Shown here one piece after another: positions 34,903 through 47,442 of a stretch of 64,000 nucleotides of DNA. Source of the DNA: Azolla caroliniana (Eukaryota; Plantae; Polypodiophyta); the NCBI GenBank assembly GCA_043228905.1, contig JBHGNT010000003.1, forward strand, positions 21,886,001 to 21,950,000, read 5' to 3'. A program made the position numbers and the translations under genes. The number at the start of each line of letters is the position of its first letter. The first letter of the stretch is position 1. Under the pieces are notes generated by a model. It did no database searches. It saw only the letters and a program-made list of their open reading frames with translations, and was not told the DNA's origin.

Positions 34903-37900
34903 GTTTCAACTGAGAATCACTCTGAAGACCTCACTAAGATGCAAATTGAGCATCGCAAGAGTTGCATGCCACGAGTTATGCAAGATCGTAAAGAAGGGCA
35001 TCACGCCTTTTACCGAGATGGGCGAGTGATCATAAATGATCGCACTACTAATTGACGGCGTGTGGCCCAAGTGACAGAAAATGCACTTAGGATGACCTTA
35101 TGGAATTGTAACGGCGCACTCTAGACACACCCTGCCCGCCTAGAGGAGATATTAAAGGTATCAGATATACTTTTCTTGGTAGAAACACACCAAAGCCCAA
35201 ATAGAGGACTCCCACGGGTCGAAGGATTCCGTTGGGAGTCCGCTTTTAGACAAACCTCATGTCGACACACTACCAGGGGATCTGGAGGTGTCGCGATATT
35301 GTTTCGTAGAGAGCTAAATAATAGGATAGAAATTCTGAGGACAAACCCAAAAGCTCGTTTTATGTGGGTGAAAGTCGCCACAAGCAAGGACCAGGCAGTA
35401 TGTTTCGCCATTTGTTACTTTCCCCCAAAAGGATCTCGTTATAATATTGTTGGCTCGGCGAGATTAGTCGATGAAGGAATGCCACATGGGCCTTCCCCAT
35501 ACGAACCTCTATCAGATGACATAATCTGATATTCTTCCCAAGGAGAAGTATTCCTTGTAGGATACTTCAATGCAAGAACCCAATCCCGACAATGCACAGT
35601 ATTTCAGATGAATAGAAACCTAGGAATGGTAAATGTCGATCCTTTAGACATAGGCACCACACGTAGATCAGAGGATCAAGGTGCAGACGCCACGAGCTTG
35701 GCAGTCGGCACCGGATGGTCATATATAATGGTTTAGCCAAGTGGCCGGGCTCAGAAGAGCTCACATGTTTCCCACATAGAGGAGGGGAAAGCACAGTTCA
35801 TTATCTAATAGGACGCCTTGAAGCTAACCACATGATTAACTCCTTCCGGGTGGCCCCATGCCCTATTGGTGCAGACCATAGTTTCTTATACTTTGAGCTA
35901 AAATGTGATATCTCTAAGGTCACCAACTCTAGTCAACCACGTCATCACACCACAAGACATTTCACACATGAGCTCTCTGACATATACTCTCAACATGTTC
36001 AGGCCCATCTGTCCTCCCTTGATCCCTCCCTACTTTTAGAAAGCCTTAGTACGAAACTCACACACATCCTTCACTCCGCAACGACTAGTAGTTTCCCATA
36101 TACAAAATACTCAAATCAAGGTAAATCAGGATCTATGCCACAAAATAAATGGTATGATGAGGATTGTAGGGACTTACATAGACAACTTACAATATCACAA
36201 CTCAATGGTAGTATTACCTCAATACAAGCTCACAAAGAAATGCTCAAGATGACACGTCGTAAGAGACAGGTGTGGGAGGCATCCCAATATTGGGAACTCT
36301 ACCATATGCTCATGAGTAGCGATTGCGCCACGGCATGGAAGAGACTACGAGAGCCAAGACCACAAACACCCATCGAGGATCTCGAAACTTGGCACACATA
36401 TACAGAGAGACTTTACCAAATCCCAAACCAACCACCCATTCCAATGCCTTCCACACCCCGACCTACCACGGGGTCATAAAGAAATTACAACATAGGAAGT
36501 CCATGGACCACACAGGATTGCGAGCAGAACACATTATATATGCGAGAGAGTGCCTAGCTCCCTTGCTAACTCTAATCTTCAATCGTGCCCTTGCGGAGGG
36601 TTTTCCACCACATTGGACTATGAACACAGTGGCCCCCATACATAAAGGGGGGGACCCCATGGACCCAAATACATATAGGACCATTATGATAGGTCATACC
36701 CTTGCTAAATTATATGGTGCAGTAATGGAAGCAGAGCTTAGCGATTATATGGAGACCCTAAATCTTCGTGCACTTGAACAACCTGGCTTTAGACGAGCCT
36801 TCTCCACCATTGATCATATCTTCACACTTAAATGCTTAATTGACCAAACTAAGGCTCGCAAGAAGAAATTATATTGTTGTTTTGTAAACTTCTGCAAGGC
36901 CTTTGACACAATACCTAGAGAGCGGTTGTTTGATAGGCTTAAAAGCTTGAGGATACCAGATGACATGGTTTGGGCCATCTACGCACTATATGAACAAGTG
37001 ACCGGGTGTGTCCGATGCCCAGGTGGCCTATCCAATTGTTTCACTAGCACTATTGGTGTAAAACAAGGTTGACCCCTATTACCGACACTTTTTGGGTCTA
37101 CATTGATGAGATCACAGATTTTATTGCTCGTAAGGGAGGCAATGGAGTAATCCTTGGGGATACGCAGGTTCGTATCTTGCTCTATGCAGATGACATAGTT
37201 TTGCTCTCTGAATCCGAACACAACCTACAAAGGCACCTTAATGCCTTAGATGACTTTTGTGCACAACGAGGATTGGTAGTGAATCTAGGGAAAACTAAAG
37301 TCCTTATCTTCCACACATTGGCCCAAGTTAGAGCCAAGTGTCACCTAACTATCTCCCATAGCCCAATTGAGGTGGTTGGATCATACATCTATCTCAGAGT
37401 CACTTTCAGTGCTCGCTCAGGTAAATTCTCGATGACACAGGCAACAAAGGATAGACTTACGAGAGGACATGCATCCCTGTCACTCCTAGAGAGACAATGC
37501 CACCAAGCATACTTTCAAGAGCCACGGACTAAAGGGTGGCGCTTTGACTCATTAGTGACCCCCTCCCTCATGTATGCATCAGCGGTTTGGGCTCCAAGAT
37601 TACCATCTTTCATGTGGACGAAATTAGAGAGACCATTGGTGATGATGTTATCACGCCAACTCCGAAGCAAATCAATAGTACCACATGACATTATTAGGGC
37701 TGAGTTCACATTACCCCCAATGTTAATAGAGGCGCTTTTCCAACTTGTATCTTTCTTCATAGGATACATAGCCAACCACATGATAGAATATCTCATCGAG
37801 CCTTTAAGGCCTCTCGATCATTGTATGAGTCCAGTTATACTAGCTCATGGTATGGCATGATGGTGAGTTGGCTTCTTGTGAATGGTCTAGACATTAATAA

Positions 37901-38933
37901 CCTACCTCCCCTTAGGTACAACCACACGATTGATAACACTTTAATCTCTCATGAGGACCGCAATAAAGTAATATGCCAAGACATATGGCAAATTTACACT
38001 TGGTATAAATGGATCACCCCATGAGAGCCACTCCCATCTAAAATGTTGTACGATAAGGAACACTTCATGCACTTCTCTGAGTTAGGTTTTATCACGTGGC
38101 CAAAATATCTAGGTGTATTCTTACCACATGCACCAAGGGTTGCCATTGGAAAACTTAGAATATCATCTCACCAACTTGAGATTGAGAATGGTCGTACTAA
38201 TGGAGTCCCTAGGGAGGAAAGGATATGTAGGTTATGTCACATAGAGATAGAGGATGAGTATCACTTTACATGCAAGTGCCCAATCTACGCCGAGATAAGG
38301 GAAAAATACCAAGACATACTTGGTTCCTCTCCCTACCTCCCCAAACTATTAGATATTCTAGATATAAAGAAATTAGGCAAATACATTCTAGAGCTAAAAC
38401 AACACAGAGAGAATAAGTTACAAAATGTTGACAATAATGTTGTTAATGTTCACCAACATGTAACAAATGAAGTTTTTCAGGAACAGGGGGAGCCAATAAA
38501 TGTTGACACACTTGCACCACTCGGCCTTTCCCTTGATGAGGCAGAAAACCAAAGAAGAACCAGACGTCCTCAGGTGCCAGGTTTCAAAGCAACTCAACGT
38601 GGTGTGGAAGCAATAATGAAAATAAGGGAACGTGAGTTACACCGCCTAGAAGCCATGGCTAGGGCACTCTCTACATTGGAACCACGGGTCACACCCACAT
38701 CAAAACCCTTTCACCCCCCACTTCTTTTTGAGAGGCTTGGGTGGAAATAAAATTAGGATTGGTGTAAAGTCACTTCCTTTATTGAGTATACCACGTATTG
38801 TACACTACTAGAACTCTTTTAGCTTAAGTTCTATATTTACTTTATTTTATTTTAGTTATGATGACTGGATAAATACTCATTTTGTTGTAAACCAATTGTC
38901 TCATGGGCCAAATTTGGCCTTAGAAGACGTTAA

Positions 38934-38936
<3 letters not shown>
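34903..38936 (+). mobile_element. 5'-truncated, decayed LINE (APE endonuclease, RT, C-terminal CCHC; RTEX/L2-like)
   Basis: ORF1 tail EDLTKMQ..FYRDGRVII; WNCNG, LVETH and GSGGVAILF endonuclease motifs; GVKQG and LLYADD RT motifs; ERICRLC..EDEYHFTCKCP; ends in a (CT)n tail. Clade assignment is inference. Confidence 0.9.

Positions 38937-39008
<72 letters not shown>
38937..39008. repeat. (CT)n microsatellite at the LINE 3' end
   Basis: About 36 perfect CT units. Confidence 0.95.
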
Positions 39009-39011
<3 letters not shown>

Positions 39012-39196
39012 CAATAGTTACAACTACAACGCAAAGAATGACCAACTACACAAAATCATACTCATAAGTGTTTGCCCTAGGTCATATTTATACTAATATG
39101 ACATTAGGACTATTTATAGGTATAGCCCAAATGGACTCTCAGAAACATATTTACCTATATGTCCCTTCATCCGGTGAGAGGTTCTCACCGGGCCTG

Positions 39197-39316
39197 CATC
39201 ATCCGGTTCTCACCAGGTCTTCCTTGCCGGGTACTCATCATCCGGTTCTCACTAGGTCTTCCTTGCCGGATACTGATCATCCAGTTCTCACCAGGTCTTC
39301 CTTGTCGGGTACTCAT
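39197..39316. repeat. 39-bp tandem repeat (about 3 copies) in the copia D LTR
   Basis: CATCATCCGGTTCTCACCAGGTCTTCCTTGCCGGGTACT units. Confidence 0.85.
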
Positions 39317-39403
39317 ATCCCATCCGGAGGGACCAAAATCCTAACAAACTCCCCCTTCACTCCGGCATGGGATGCCTCGTCAATCCGATCCGCTTCCGGC
39401 ATG

Positions 39404-39859
39404 TGTCAAGACTAAGAGAGAGAAAGAGAGAGAAAAAGAGATAGAGAGATAATTGAAAGAGAATTATTATATTGAAGCGTAAAATGGATTACAAAGAGTA
39501 GGCTACAAAATGGCGTTGAACCAATTTAGGTTTGGGATGGGTGGTAGATCCCTATTTATAAGTAATAGAGAACTCTCTAGAATATTCTAGGTTATCCTAG
39601 AATGTAGAGTAATCTAGAAGATCTCTAGAGTATTCTAGAAGGTTCTAGTGGTATAGAACACTCTAGAATATTCTAGGTCATTCTAGAATGTAGAGTAATA
39701 TAGAATATTCCTATGATATTAGATTTCATATTCTAGAGACTATACATATAAGAATATTAATACAATGGTTAAGGATTTGACATGTGTACAACAAGGTCGT
39801 GGGTTCAAATCCTTAGTGTCATGATAACAGTCACATCATGCATCGAAAGGATCATGACA
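39404..39859. mobile_element. Solo LTR inserted in the copia D RNase H region
   Basis: Termini TGTCAAGA...TCATGACA; 5-bp TSD GCATG (39399-39403, 39860-39864); host sequence rejoins when it is removed; internal TCTAGAA repeats. Confidence 0.88.
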
Positions 39860-40505
39860 GCATGCATCCAGCTTGTCGGATGTCAGCACCTTGGCCAGCA
39901 TATCCGACCCGTTCTCCTCCGTGTGGATCTTCGTCAGCACGAACTCTCGATCTTCTACTCACCCCCGGATCTAGTGGTACCTGTGTTGGATGTGCTTCAT
40001 TCTGGAATGGTATGTCGCGTTCTTTGCAAGGTGGATGGCACTTTGACTGTCGCAGTAGAGCCGGTATTCCTCTTGCCGGATCCCTAGCTCTCCGTTGAAG
40101 TCCTTCATCCACAATATTTCCTTGCCGACTTCCACAACTGCCATGTACTCCGCCTCCGTGGTTGACAACGCGACCGTCTTCTACAACCTTGACTACCACG
40201 AAACAACTCCCCCTTTATATGTCATAACATATCCCGATGTTGACCGGCTGGTATCCGCATCAGCCGACATATCCGAATCGGTGAAACCGTCAAGTTGAGG
40301 TTTACAATAGCCGAATCGGAGACACATACTTGAGGTGCCTTTCAAATACCAAAGTATCCATTTTACCGCATTCTAGTGCTCCTTGCCGGGATTGCTCATA
40401 AACCGGCTCACCACTCCAACTGCATATCCGATATCCGGTCGGGTACACACCATTGCGTACATTAAGCTCCCAACGATAGAGGCATATGGTATCTTCATCA
40501 TAACC

Positions 40506-41143
40506 TGCAATTTGCCGGGAGTGTCGATCCGACCGGTTTCGCATCTGACATGTTGAACCGTTGAAGCACCTTTGTCACGTTGTCGTGAAGATTTCCGGCT
40601 ACAGTGTGAAACTGGGGTGGAATAGGGCAAGTCGGTGGTGTGCAACACGTGCACATGTATAGTAGGAGACAACGTATAGAATAAAGGGGTGGCTTTGTCC
40701 CACATTGTAACGCCCTCCCCTCCTTGGTCTATAAAAGGGAGGGAGGGTCCCTTGTTGAGGGGTTGCCCATTTTGTGTCGTAAGGGTATACCATTTTGTGA
40801 AGGGTCTTTCTTTTGTTACGAGTTTCTAGGGTTAGTAACTTCTTTTTCTTCTTCTCCTTCTTGAGAAGTTGGGCGCGACAGCCATGGCGGCGAAGCTCTG
40901 TTAGGGTTAGCTTCTTTTCTTCTAAGCGTAGCTCGACTCGAAGTCGGGGTTGTATCTTTCCCCTTGTAATATATACATACATATCTGTTTGCGCATATTG
41001 GTGTCTCTGGTGGTGTCGGGTGCATAGCCCTCCTTTGTTTCATGTACATAAGAGTCGGTGTAGCACACGTGCTCCCTCTCTTTCTCTCACTCTCTCTCTC
41101 GTGTTCGGATGCCTCTAGTACGTGTCCAGAGTCGGTTTTCTAC
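40506..41143 (+). mobile_element. Probable LTR remnant
   Basis: CTATAAAAGGGAGGG TATA context like that of the gypsy E LTR, pyrimidine-rich 3' part and end CGGTTTTCTAC; no TSD found. Confidence 0.5.
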
Positions 41144-41172
41144 TTAAATACATTTAGAATTTGAAACACATC

Positions 41173-41244
41173 ACCTCTATAGCTCAGTGGTAGAGCGTCA
41201 GTCTTGTAAACTGAAGGTCTTGAGGTCAGTCCTCAATGTGTGCA
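41173..41244 (+). pseudogene. Orphan tRNA-Thr(UGU) pseudogene with a diverged array monomer (to about 41460)
   Basis: D and anticodon arms identical to the array consensus; acceptor stem and T loop broken; followed by degenerate GAAGGTT..TCAATCCTTAGTGG subunits. Confidence 0.85.
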
Positions 41245-43877
41245 AATGTCAATGAGTGTGTTCTTGTATCTTTTTAGGGTTTGAGAGTTCTACAAAACAA
41301 AAAGCAAGATCTTTTGGTAGAAGGTTGATTTCAGTCCCTAGGGCAACTGATCTCAATAAATGTGGTATTCTATCCCTTAATGCTTTGAGTGTTACTCAAA
41401 GCCACGATTAAGATATTTGGTTGAAGGTTGATGTCAATCCTTAGTGGAGGCTTATCTCAATCATCTCTATAGACGTCAAAACGATAATATCCCTTGAGTG
41501 TCATGTTGCTCGTTGAGGGAAACTCAATACACCATGTAAGCATAAGGCTAAGCACATGCTGAAAAGGTAATTCAATGGTGCATGTTAAAAGAGTTAATGT
41601 TATTTTTATCCTAAAAGAGAGCTCATTTTTGGGTCTATTACTGTGGGGATTCGTACGTCTTGACTTCATCAACAAACAGAGTTGTATGGTAGTGAATAAA
41701 GAGACGCAGAGGAAGTTGTATTACGTGCAGAACTATAATTGATCATGAGATAGGTTTTTCATAGTTTTTCCTATGATGAGTATGCTCAGGTTATTTATGA
41801 AAGGAACGAGTGTATGAATTGCATTATTCAATTCTACGGTGTGTTATCATTTGACCACTTCAAATAAAGCGGTAAAGTGTGAACACACTAGGGCCTACCG
41901 TTTTTCTGCCTATATAAGGAGACTAGCTACCTTCTTCTCAAGGGGAGGATTGACTTATGTTGAGACTATGATAGTGTGGCTATGGCTCTTGTTAGCTAAG
42001 GACGTGTGATCCTTGCAGAACCCTCAACGGTATGGGACATCGAGGAGGTTCAAGTCTATCTCACGTCGTTGCTACGGGATGGTTGACAAGTGGTTGACAC
42101 CCCTCTTCCTTTCTTTGGTCAATACATCCTTATATTTTGCTTGATTAAATAGTTAGATTGTAACATGCCGAAAGTTGAGGATATGCCCCCAACATTGTTC
42201 TTTCTTTTAATCTCATCACTTTATGGAAACGAAAGGCTTTCAAAACTATGTAACCCATGTAATTTGATTTACATTGCCAAATATGTTATAACGCCACGAG
42301 ATTTATATTTGAAAATCTCTTAGAATATTCTTATACTTTCATTTTTAGTTTTATTTGTATCTTCTAGCTTGAAACCATAAGTGATGTTGCTCCAAGGAAG
42401 ATACAACTAGGGAATATGAGAAACTATGAATTTCCTAATGGTCTTAAGTTCGATCATTAGTAAGTTGTGTTTCAATAACACCATACCTTCATATTATGCG
42501 TTTCTTGGAAGTTATTTGTTTCAAGATAGTTCAAGTCACAATTGATACATGAAGTCAATCACTTAGAAATGGTCTCATAGAGTGGGGGAAACCATTAAAC
42601 TAATCACTTACGAAGTAGAGGAAGAAAGAGCCATGTTGCTAGCAATGTTATCATAGAACTTACTCATCGTAATTATAATTTGAGATGGGCAAACATAATA
42701 TTGACTACTCAAAGTGAATGACAATGCATGTTGTAGTGGCAACAATTTTAGGAGTATCCGAGAAAGAAAAAATTCCTCAGCGTTCATAGCATTCAACAAG
42801 AGGAGTAGTTGAAGTACACCTACTCCCTGTGGAGCGAGAGTCAATGTGTGACATGGATAAGGAGTTACTTTCTTCAGGCCTCAATGGAGTAATTGAATTA
42901 CAATATGCCATTATTGATAGGCCCCATACAAAAGCAACACCGCATACAACCAACGAATTCCACAAACTAATGGTGAATGCTAGAGAAACAAGCAAAACCA
43001 CAACCCGTGGTGGGTTATATATACTTGACGATGAAGAAAATTAGGGTGGAGGCATGCCTTCAGAGTATGAGAGAACAAACAAGGAACCAAAACAAAGTCT
43101 CACAAGAGACAAAAAGAGTCAATAATGCCTTGGATCAATGAGAACATGAGACAATAACCCAACTTCCAAATAGCACCTAGGAACAAATATAAAAGGGTAA
43201 GAGTGGAATTGGAGCATTCCATGCAACTCTATAGGTAGCAAAGAGGACATCGATGAAAGGCACAAAGATGAAGATCTTCCATGATAGATGCCCCACATAT
43301 AGATGTGAAGGGGATGTATGATGCCCCACATACATATGCATCCTCACCAATTGAAGATTTGGATCAAACCGAACTGCGAAACTACAGCTTAACAACTTAA
43401 CGCTTTAAACGGTTCGGTTTAAACGGTTTGAAATCGTTGTTAAAACGTTTTTATGGTTTGATGCTTTAGGGTTGTCAGTTGATTATCATTATAATATATA
43501 TTTTTAAATAATCTTTTCATTTTTAAGCCTAATTCTCACATTTTAGGAAAAATCTTTAAAATTTTGAAAAATTAAAATTTGCAAATAATGAAAATTTTTG
43601 AAATTTATAATTGAAGAATTGAAATTTGACTTAATTTGAAAACTAAACCAAACCACGGAACCACGGTTTTAACAGTTAAATGGTTTAACGATCTTGACTT
43701 TTGTAACGGTTCGGTTTAAATGGTTTCGTGGTTCGGTTCAGTTCAAGTTTCAAAAAAAACAATTTAACGGTTCGTTTTAAACTAGTTTGGTTTTGACACT
43801 CTCCTAGGGAACCAAACCAAAGCATTGCTTATTGTTAGATTTGGTGAGTCCAGCAAACCCTGGAGATGGCCGAGCCC

Positions 43878-44290
43878 TAGCAATGGGCGCGGTTCGGTTC
43901 GGTTTCAAGGCAAAGAAACGAAACTGAACCGAAATTGAACCGTTTATTTAAAACAAAAACCAAACCAAACCGTTTATGAACTCTCAGTATTGAAACCAAG
44001 CCGAACCATTTAATAAAAAATTTTAAACCTAACCACTTAAATTGAACTAAGTAAACATCTAAATAAACAAAAATACATTAAATTAAATAAGCATTTAGGT
44101 TAAATTTATTAAATCAATAAACTATTAAGGTAAAACAAAAGTTAACCAAAAACCTATAAACCCGAGTTTTAGAACCGAAACCAAACTGATTATCGAAAAT
44201 CCAAACCAAACTAAACCATTAAACCAATAAACTGTTAAACCATGGCTTAACGGCTCAGTTCGGTTTGAGCCGAAACCGTGCCCATTGCTA
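43878..44290. mobile_element. hAT-type MITE
   Basis: 17-bp TIR TAGCAATGGGCRCGGTT; 8-bp TSD CCGAGCCC/CCAAGCCC; subterminal AAACCG repeats. Confidence 0.85.
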
Positions 44291-44466
44291 CCAAGCCCGA
44301 AGATTTTTGGACATGATGAAGGAGGGGCAATTTTGAGAATTTTGGAGAAACATGGAGGAGGAGGGGTATTTTGAGGAATTTTGTGAAAACCTTTGTTAGC
44401 ATATGTGAAGCAGCAGGGAACAAGTAAAAAAAAAAAGCTCTTCTGTTGAGAAGAAGCAGACAGGGT

Positions 44467-47442
44467 ATGCTCAGACAATGCTCTAAGAAGAATAACCCAA
44501 CACAGAAAATCAATTGTTTCTCCTCCTCCTCCATTGAAAGAGGTGCTCGGCATGAAGAACCTCTGCAACCTAGGCCTTGCTATGCCCCCCTCCCAAAGAA
44601 ACAGAGTCATTTGGTTCCACTATTTCTGCACATGGATCAGTCCAGGATGAGGAACTTGCAGGGAAATCCTGATTCCTCCACTTATGCAAGCCTCATTCGA
44701 TCTGTCACTCTCTCTAAATCCTTATCAGAAGCACATCGGATCCATGAAGAGATACTCCGTTCAGGCATTCTCCATGGAAATAATATCCTTTTCATTGCTA
44801 ACCTTCTCATCAGAATGTATGCTCATTGTGGAGATCTTTCCATCTCTGTTTCTATATTTTCCGAAGTCTTCATTAAGGATGTGTTCACATGGAATATCAT
44901 GATTTCTTCATTTCTATTACATGGAGAATACCGACAAGCCATATCTCACTTCAATCAGATGATGATCCAGGGTATTATTCCTGATAAATGTAGCTTCGTT
45001 AGTGTTCTGTCAGCTTGTGTGAACGAAGAAACCTTAGATGAAGGTAAGCAAATACATAACCAAGCCTTTTCACTTGGTTTTAATGAAGATTTGCGAGTGG
45101 GTACTTCATTGCTTGAAATGTATAGAAGATGTGGTGATATTGACCAGGTTTTGTTTAGCTTCAGTAGAATGCTGGATAAGGATGTATTCTCATGGAGTGC
45201 TGTGATTTCTGCATGTGCGAACTATGGGAAATGTCAAGATTCTATGTCTTATTTCCAACAAATGATTCAAGAAAGTATCTTTCCCGATGAAGTGATATTT
45301 TCAAGTGTCCTTTCATCATGTCATGGTTCAGAATTTTTACCAAGTGGAAAACGGATACATGCTTGCATAGTTGGGAATAATTATGATTTAGATATTGTCT
45401 TGGGAACTTCTTTGATTAACATGTACAGCCGATGTGGAAACATACATAATGCATATAGCATGTTTAAGAAACTACCTAAGCGAGATACCATATCATGGAA
45501 TGCTATGACTGCTATGTTTGTGAAACATGGCTTACATAAAGATGCCCTAAAGCTTTACAAAAAAATGATGCAAGAAAAGGTGAGTCCAGACCGTGCTACT
45601 TTTGTGAGTCTTCTCGAAGCATGCTCCATGCAAGAGTTGTTGAATGGTGGCATGAAGTTGCATAGAGATATCATGTTTATCGGATTTGATTCAGATATTC
45701 TTGTGAATACATCTCTTATGAACTTGTATTCAAGGTGCAACAACCTGAAACATGCATGGAAGGTTTTTGAAACAATTGCTATTCATGACATTGTTTCATG
45801 GAATGCTATGATTGATATTTGTGCTCAACATGATCAAAGTGAAGATGCTCATCAACTATTTGGAGAGATGCAAAATAATGGTCTTGTTCCCAATAAGGTG
45901 ACCCTTCTAAATATGCTCCAAGCATGCACAAATGAGATAGGTTTCTCTCAAGGCACCCATATACATAATGATATTGTGGCCAGATCATTAGAACTGGATT
46001 TGGTTGTTGCAACTGCCCTTGTTACCATGTATGGAAAATGTAATAGCTTGGAAGATGCATGGGAGTTGTTCACAAGGATACCTGCGAGGAACTTGATTTC
46101 ATGGAATTCAATGTTAGCATCTTATGCACAACATGGTAGAGTTGAACAAACTTTTGCATTGTTTGAACAAATGATCTTGGAAGGAGATTTGCCAAATAAG
46201 GTAACTTTCCTGAGCATGCTTTCTTTGCATCAAAGTAAACTGTGTGTATCTCTAGTTGGCCGATTGCATTCTTTCCTTTTAAGCATTGGGCTTGACAAGG
46301 ATGTTTCTATTGGAAATGCTTTGATATGTATGCATGGGAGGTGTGGCAATCTTAAGGCTGCAAGTTTAGTATTTGATACATTGTCTGAAAGGGATGTAGT
46401 TTCTTGGACGGCTATGATGTCGGTGTATTGTCAAGAAGGGCTCCATAAGGATTGCCATCTTCTTTTTGAACAAATGCAAAGGCAAGGAATTACAGTTGAT
46501 AAAATAGCCTTTGTCATAATGATCAATGCATTTTCCAATGCTGCAACTCTACATGAAGGCAAAATGATACATTCACATGTTGTTCAAAGTAATTTGGACT
46601 CAATAATTGATGTATCAAATGCCTTAGTCAATATGTATGGAAAGTGTGGAAGCCTTGAGGATGCATTCCAAACGTTTGATGAAATGCAAACAAAGAGCAA
46701 ACAGACCTACATCAACATTTTATCGACATGTGCGAACTTGGTTGCCCTTTCATATGGGAAACAAATACATCATGAAATGATGCAAAAGGGTTTTTTGTTG
46801 AATGGACTCTTAGGAAATAATCTTATCAATATGTATGGGAAATGTGGCTGCATTCTTGATGCTCAAAGAGTGTTTGATAAGATGCAAGATAAGGATGTAA
46901 TATCTTGGAGTACCATGATTTCAACATATGCTCAAAATGGACAAGGGAAAAAAGCATTGGAGCTGTTTGATTGTATGAAGCGTGACAAAGTATGGCCAAA
47001 TGAGGTGACCTTTCTTGGTGTTCTTTCGGCTTGTAACCATACTGGGTTGATAGATGATTGCTACCATCACTTTATGTCAATGAATGAAGATTATGGAATT
47101 TCACCACTAGAGGATCATTACACTTGTGTTATTGATCTCCTTTCAAGGTCAGGACGACTAGATGAAGCGGAGAATACGATACTCAAGATGCCTTGTGAAA
47201 GTAGGAGTATTCCCTGGATGGCCTTACTTGGGGCTTGTTTATTTCAGGTAGATGTGGCCAGAGCAGAACGTGCTGCTAATGAAATTTTCTCACTTGAGCC
47301 CAAGAATCCAACACCATATGTGATGCTAGCAAATGTGTATGCAAGTGCAGGGAGGGAGGATGATGCTACAAAAGTGCTCAGTAAAATGAAACAAAAGGGC
47401 CTTTATCATGCTTCTAGCCCAGATTTGATTGGAAATGTCTAA
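44467..47442 (+). CDS. PLS-class pentatricopeptide repeat protein with E domain and no DYW domain (probable organellar RNA-editing specificity factor)
   Basis: Intronless ORF of about 990 aa; repeated LINMYGKCG, DVISW and PNEVTF motifs; E-domain HYTCVIDLLSRSGRL..WMALLGAC..YVMLANVYA; start could be 44467 or 44632. Confidence 0.93.
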   Translation: MLRQCSKKNNPTQKINCFSSSSIERGARHEEPLQPRPCYAPLPKKQSHLVPLFLHMDQSRMRNLQGNPDSSTYASLIRSVTLSKSLSEAHRIHEEILRSGILHGNNILFIANLLIRMYAHCGDLSISVSIFSEVFIKDVFTWNIMISSFLLHGEYRQAISHFNQMMIQGIIPDKCSFVSVLSACVNEETLDEGKQIHNQAFSLGFNEDLRVGTSLLEMYRRCGDIDQVLFSFSRMLDKDVFSWSAVISACANYGKCQDSMSYFQQMIQESIFPDEVIFSSVLSSCHGSEFLPSGKRIHACIVGNNYDLDIVLGTSLINMYSRCGNIHNAYSMFKKLPKRDTISWNAMTAMFVKHGLHKDALKLYKKMMQEKVSPDRATFVSLLEACSMQELLNGGMKLHRDIMFIGFDSDILVNTSLMNLYSRCNNLKHAWKVFETIAIHDIVSWNAMIDICAQHDQSEDAHQLFGEMQNNGLVPNKVTLLNMLQACTNEIGFSQGTHIHNDIVARSLELDLVVATALVTMYGKCNSLEDAWELFTRIPARNLISWNSMLASYAQHGRVEQTFALFEQMILEGDLPNKVTFLSMLSLHQSKLCVSLVGRLHSFLLSIGLDKDVSIGNALICMHGRCGNLKAASLVFDTLSERDVVSWTAMMSVYCQEGLHKDCHLLFEQMQRQGITVDKIAFVIMINAFSNAATLHEGKMIHSHVVQSNLDSIIDVSNALVNMYGKCGSLEDAFQTFDEMQTKSKQTYINILSTCANLVALSYGKQIHHEMMQKGFLLNGLLGNNLINMYGKCGCILDAQRVFDKMQDKDVISWSTMISTYAQNGQGKKALELFDCMKRDKVWPNEVTFLGVLSACNHTGLIDDCYHHFMSMNEDYGISPLEDHYTCVIDLLSRSGRLDEAENTILKMPCESRSIPWMALLGACLFQVDVARAERAANEIFSLEPKNPTPYVMLANVYASAGREDDATKVLSKMKQKGLYHASSPDLIGNV

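Larger units (their letters stand above)
27636..40505 (-). mobile_element. Decayed Ty1/copia element D whose 3' LTR (27636-39346) is split by gypsy E and a LINE; RT/RNase H remnant at 39360-40505
   Basis: LTR edge CCTAACA at 39346 followed by PPT AACTCCCCCT; pol remnants STTEAEY, YCDSQSAIHLAKN and PYASIVGSLMYAMVCTRPDI; LTR-like sequence begins with TG at 27636 where the array stops. Joining the two LTR halves is inference. Confidence 0.7.

Noticed and set aside
41460-43340. Possible decayed DNA-transposon coding remnant
   Set aside because: Only short ORFs; no motif, TIR or TSD I can support
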